DNA of 64,000 nt from Lama glama (lineage: Eukaryota). Shown here piece by piece: positions 61,801 to 64,000 of the stretch; within the stretch, counting starts at the first letter, position 1; every line of letters starts with the position of its first letter. The stretch spans positions 58,962,001 to 59,026,000 of the forward strand of contig CM052822.1 in NCBI GenBank assembly GCA_028534125.1. Direction: 5' to 3'. A model generated the notes under the pieces. That model ran no database searches. It saw only the letters and a list, made by a program, of their open reading frames with translations, and was not told where the DNA came from. The position numbers were made by a program, and so were the translations under genes.

Positions 61801-63794
61801 TTTATTTGTTTATGTGTGTATATATATTTTGTGTGTGTATGTACATATACATATGTGTATATACATAATTTTTTAATTAGAAAAACTCAGAAATTTGAGT
61901 CTTAACGTCTTAAAAGTTGAACAAAGAAATAGAGCTTTTACAGGTGTGGACCCACGTAATATAGTCAAGTCACAAATTCCCGGCGGTCAGTATGAAAGAG
62001 AAAAATGATGAAGGATGAACACATGTACCCTTGCCGAACCCCCTGTTTGCTCCCCTTGTTTCCCCTGTAACTTTCCCAGAGCTAAAGAGCCAAGATGCTG
62101 ATCTTCAAACTGAACCCCTGTGCCATCCAGGCTGAGGCATGTGCAGAAGGACAGACACAGCCCAGGGCTCAGCTAGAGAGGCTGGAAGCCCAGACACTCG
62201 GGAGCAGCAGGGGCACTGGCCCAGCCCCATTCCTCCGCTGAGCCGAGCCCCCCTTCCCCTGAGTGCCTGTGTTTGATTGAGAAATTACCGTGGTTGCAGC
62301 AGCTGTAATAAAAGGGGAAGCAGAGACCCACGGGCGACAGCTTTATCTCTCTCTACAACGGGAGATGGATTGGGCGGCAGCACAGTGCCCAAGGCCAGAG
62401 ATTTCTTTCCTCTGCGGCTGGCTGGGCCCAGGGGCTTGTCAAGCCCAAGTTAGCATATCGACTGCAGGCAGGGAGAGGCTGGGTAAGTGCGGCCAGGGCT
62501 CACCTGCCAAAAGATCCTGGCTGCTCCCCAGCAGTGCTGGCCCCCGGCGTGGCTGCTGGTCACTGGGGTCTCCCTCCAGTGGCAGCCCTTGAGAGGCCAG
62601 CATCTGGTCATGGCCTCAGAGGACAAGGTGTGAATTTGGCGTTCTCTGTGTAGAGCGTGCGCACCTTCTAGGATGAGAGGGATTGTACCTGTGCGGTTGC
62701 TTCTGTGACCCATCTCTGAGGTTCTTGCCTCCACCCCAGCAATCTGGTGCCCAGAGAAGCCATCGCGCTTCCTGTCACAGCCACACCGGCCCACCACAAG
62801 CTCTCAGGGCTGGAGGGAGAGCTTGTGCTCAAGCAGGGCAGCCATCCCCAGTTTGAGGGAAAGGACACTTGGCAATGAACACAGTGTAAGACAAGAGGTC
62901 CAGGAATGGGGAAGCTGGCATGGGCCTGGGCTCAGTGTTGGCCTGGAAATGTACTAGTTTCATTGTATGAGGGTCTGAGGATCTCATGAGCCCCCAAATG
63001 CAGAGGAGCCCAGTGGCTTGGTGGTGGAAACCAGCATTGGCACCTCCTCACCCCCGTATTCTGCCTGTGGTCTCTGAGCCCCCAGACACAAGGCAGGCAG
63101 CCCCTCTGTTCTTCCTTCTGCTCCCCAGAATTCCTCTGGGACTTCTTGCTGCTTCTTGGCTTTAGCATAAAGCTCAGCAAACGAGGAAAAATAATTGAGG
63201 GTCTTCCTGTGTATCATTTTGTCCATCCCTTCTTGTCCGATCCCAGCAAGCCCGGCAGCCTCTCCCTCCTCAGCCCTGCCACAGTAGGGGTGCCCTGTGC
63301 TCCGGTGCCCCCAGCATTTACAGGGTGGCAAAGGACTCTTCAGGGAGTCCATTCCTCTCCTCGATGAATTTAGGCACCTTACTAGCTGTGCCTTAGGAGT
63401 TCTTGGGGCACCTGTTTTTTATCGAGCACAATTTTGCACAGCTGTCCTCTCCCGCAAATGCAGGTCACCCAGTAAGTTAATTGCCAGAATTAGAGAAAGG
63501 AGAAACGTATTTTGTCATCTGCAGGTGCAGGATGCTGGTTCTTCCTGCCTTCGCCTGTCAGCAGTTGGTGCAAGTGTTGGGCAGACCCAGCCCAGCAGAG
63601 CCCAGCACTTCCCCCTGGCTCTACCAGGGAGTTGCAAGGTCCCAGGGTCCTAGATGGACCCAGTGGAAAAGCAAGGAAGGGGGTCAGAGTAGTGGCTGGA
63701 GGAGGAAGGACTGCTCCTGAAACAGGAGGCTATGGAGGAGGAGATAGGGGAGAGTCTTTTCTGCTCCCAAGAAAAGGAGGCAGTGGGGAAGGCA

Positions 63795-63925
63795 ACAGAT
63801 AAACCTGGATCTTGCTCTCAGCTCTGCCGTCACTCACTCCACTTCCCTTCTCTGTGCCTCACTTTCCCCACCAATAAAATGGTGTTGGATTAGATCTAAG
63901 CAGTATATTTTTTTTTCTAGCTCTA
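63795..63925 (+). mobile_element. MIR3-like SINE
   Basis: CAGATAAACCTGG..CAGCTCTGCC..CACTTCCCTTCTCTGTGCCTCACTTTCCCC..TAAAATGG..TTGGATTAGAT. Confidence 0.7.
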
Positions 63926-64000
63926 ATCAACTCTTCATATCCCGTTGCAATACGCCCCACTTCAGGCATTGTTGGACTTGTATTTCCACTCAAGGGGGTA

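Larger units (their letters stand above)
1..64000 (+). other. SND1: Probable long intron of host gene SND1 (no SND1 coding exon seen in the window)
   Basis: Established mammalian synteny: LRRC4 lies antisense within a large SND1 intron. No SND1 peptide appears in the ORF track. Inference only. Confidence 0.7.

Noticed and set aside
1-64000. SND1 coding exons, miRNA hairpins, CRISPR-like arrays or foreign inserts
   Set aside because: No SND1 peptide in any frame of the ORF track, no convincing pre-miRNA, no regularly spaced repeats, and composition is uniformly mammalian

Overview
Mammalian genomic DNA, most likely camelid (camel, alpaca or llama): three young tRNA-derived SINEs match the camelid Vic-1 type, and I see no Alu, B1/B2, Bov-tA or PRE1 elements. 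The only supportable protein-coding gene is LRRC4 (NGL-2, netrin-G2 ligand) on the minus strand. It has a single coding exon, CDS about 19998-21959; the start codon, transmembrane segment and stop codon are hidden under N blocks, so these ends are projected from the recalled human protein. It also has a ~1.6 kb 3'UTR, a short 5'-UTR intron and a CpG-island promoter at about 22.4-24.1 kb. In mammals LRRC4 is nested antisense in a very long SND1 intron. No SND1 coding exon is visible, so the whole window is probably SND1 intron on the + strand (inference from synteny). The rest is ancient interspersed repeats (MIR, L2, L3/CR1, L1M, MLT1, hAT-Charlie and Tigger elements), often nested with readable target-site duplications, plus TE-poor stretches with motif-dense candidate enhancers. 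Eleven N blocks mostly have lengths of 132+8k nt, which points to computational masking rather than assembly gaps. I found no convincing new multi-gene system. The best leads are a candidate 31-nt poison microexon in SND1 sense, RE1/REST-like sites on both sides of LRRC4, a palindromic POU/SOX/FOX/homeodomain cluster, repeated let-7 sites in the LRRC4 mRNA and a poly(A)-tailed LTR fragment. Repeat family names are recognised by eye from remembered consensus sequences and need RepeatMasker/Dfam confirmation.
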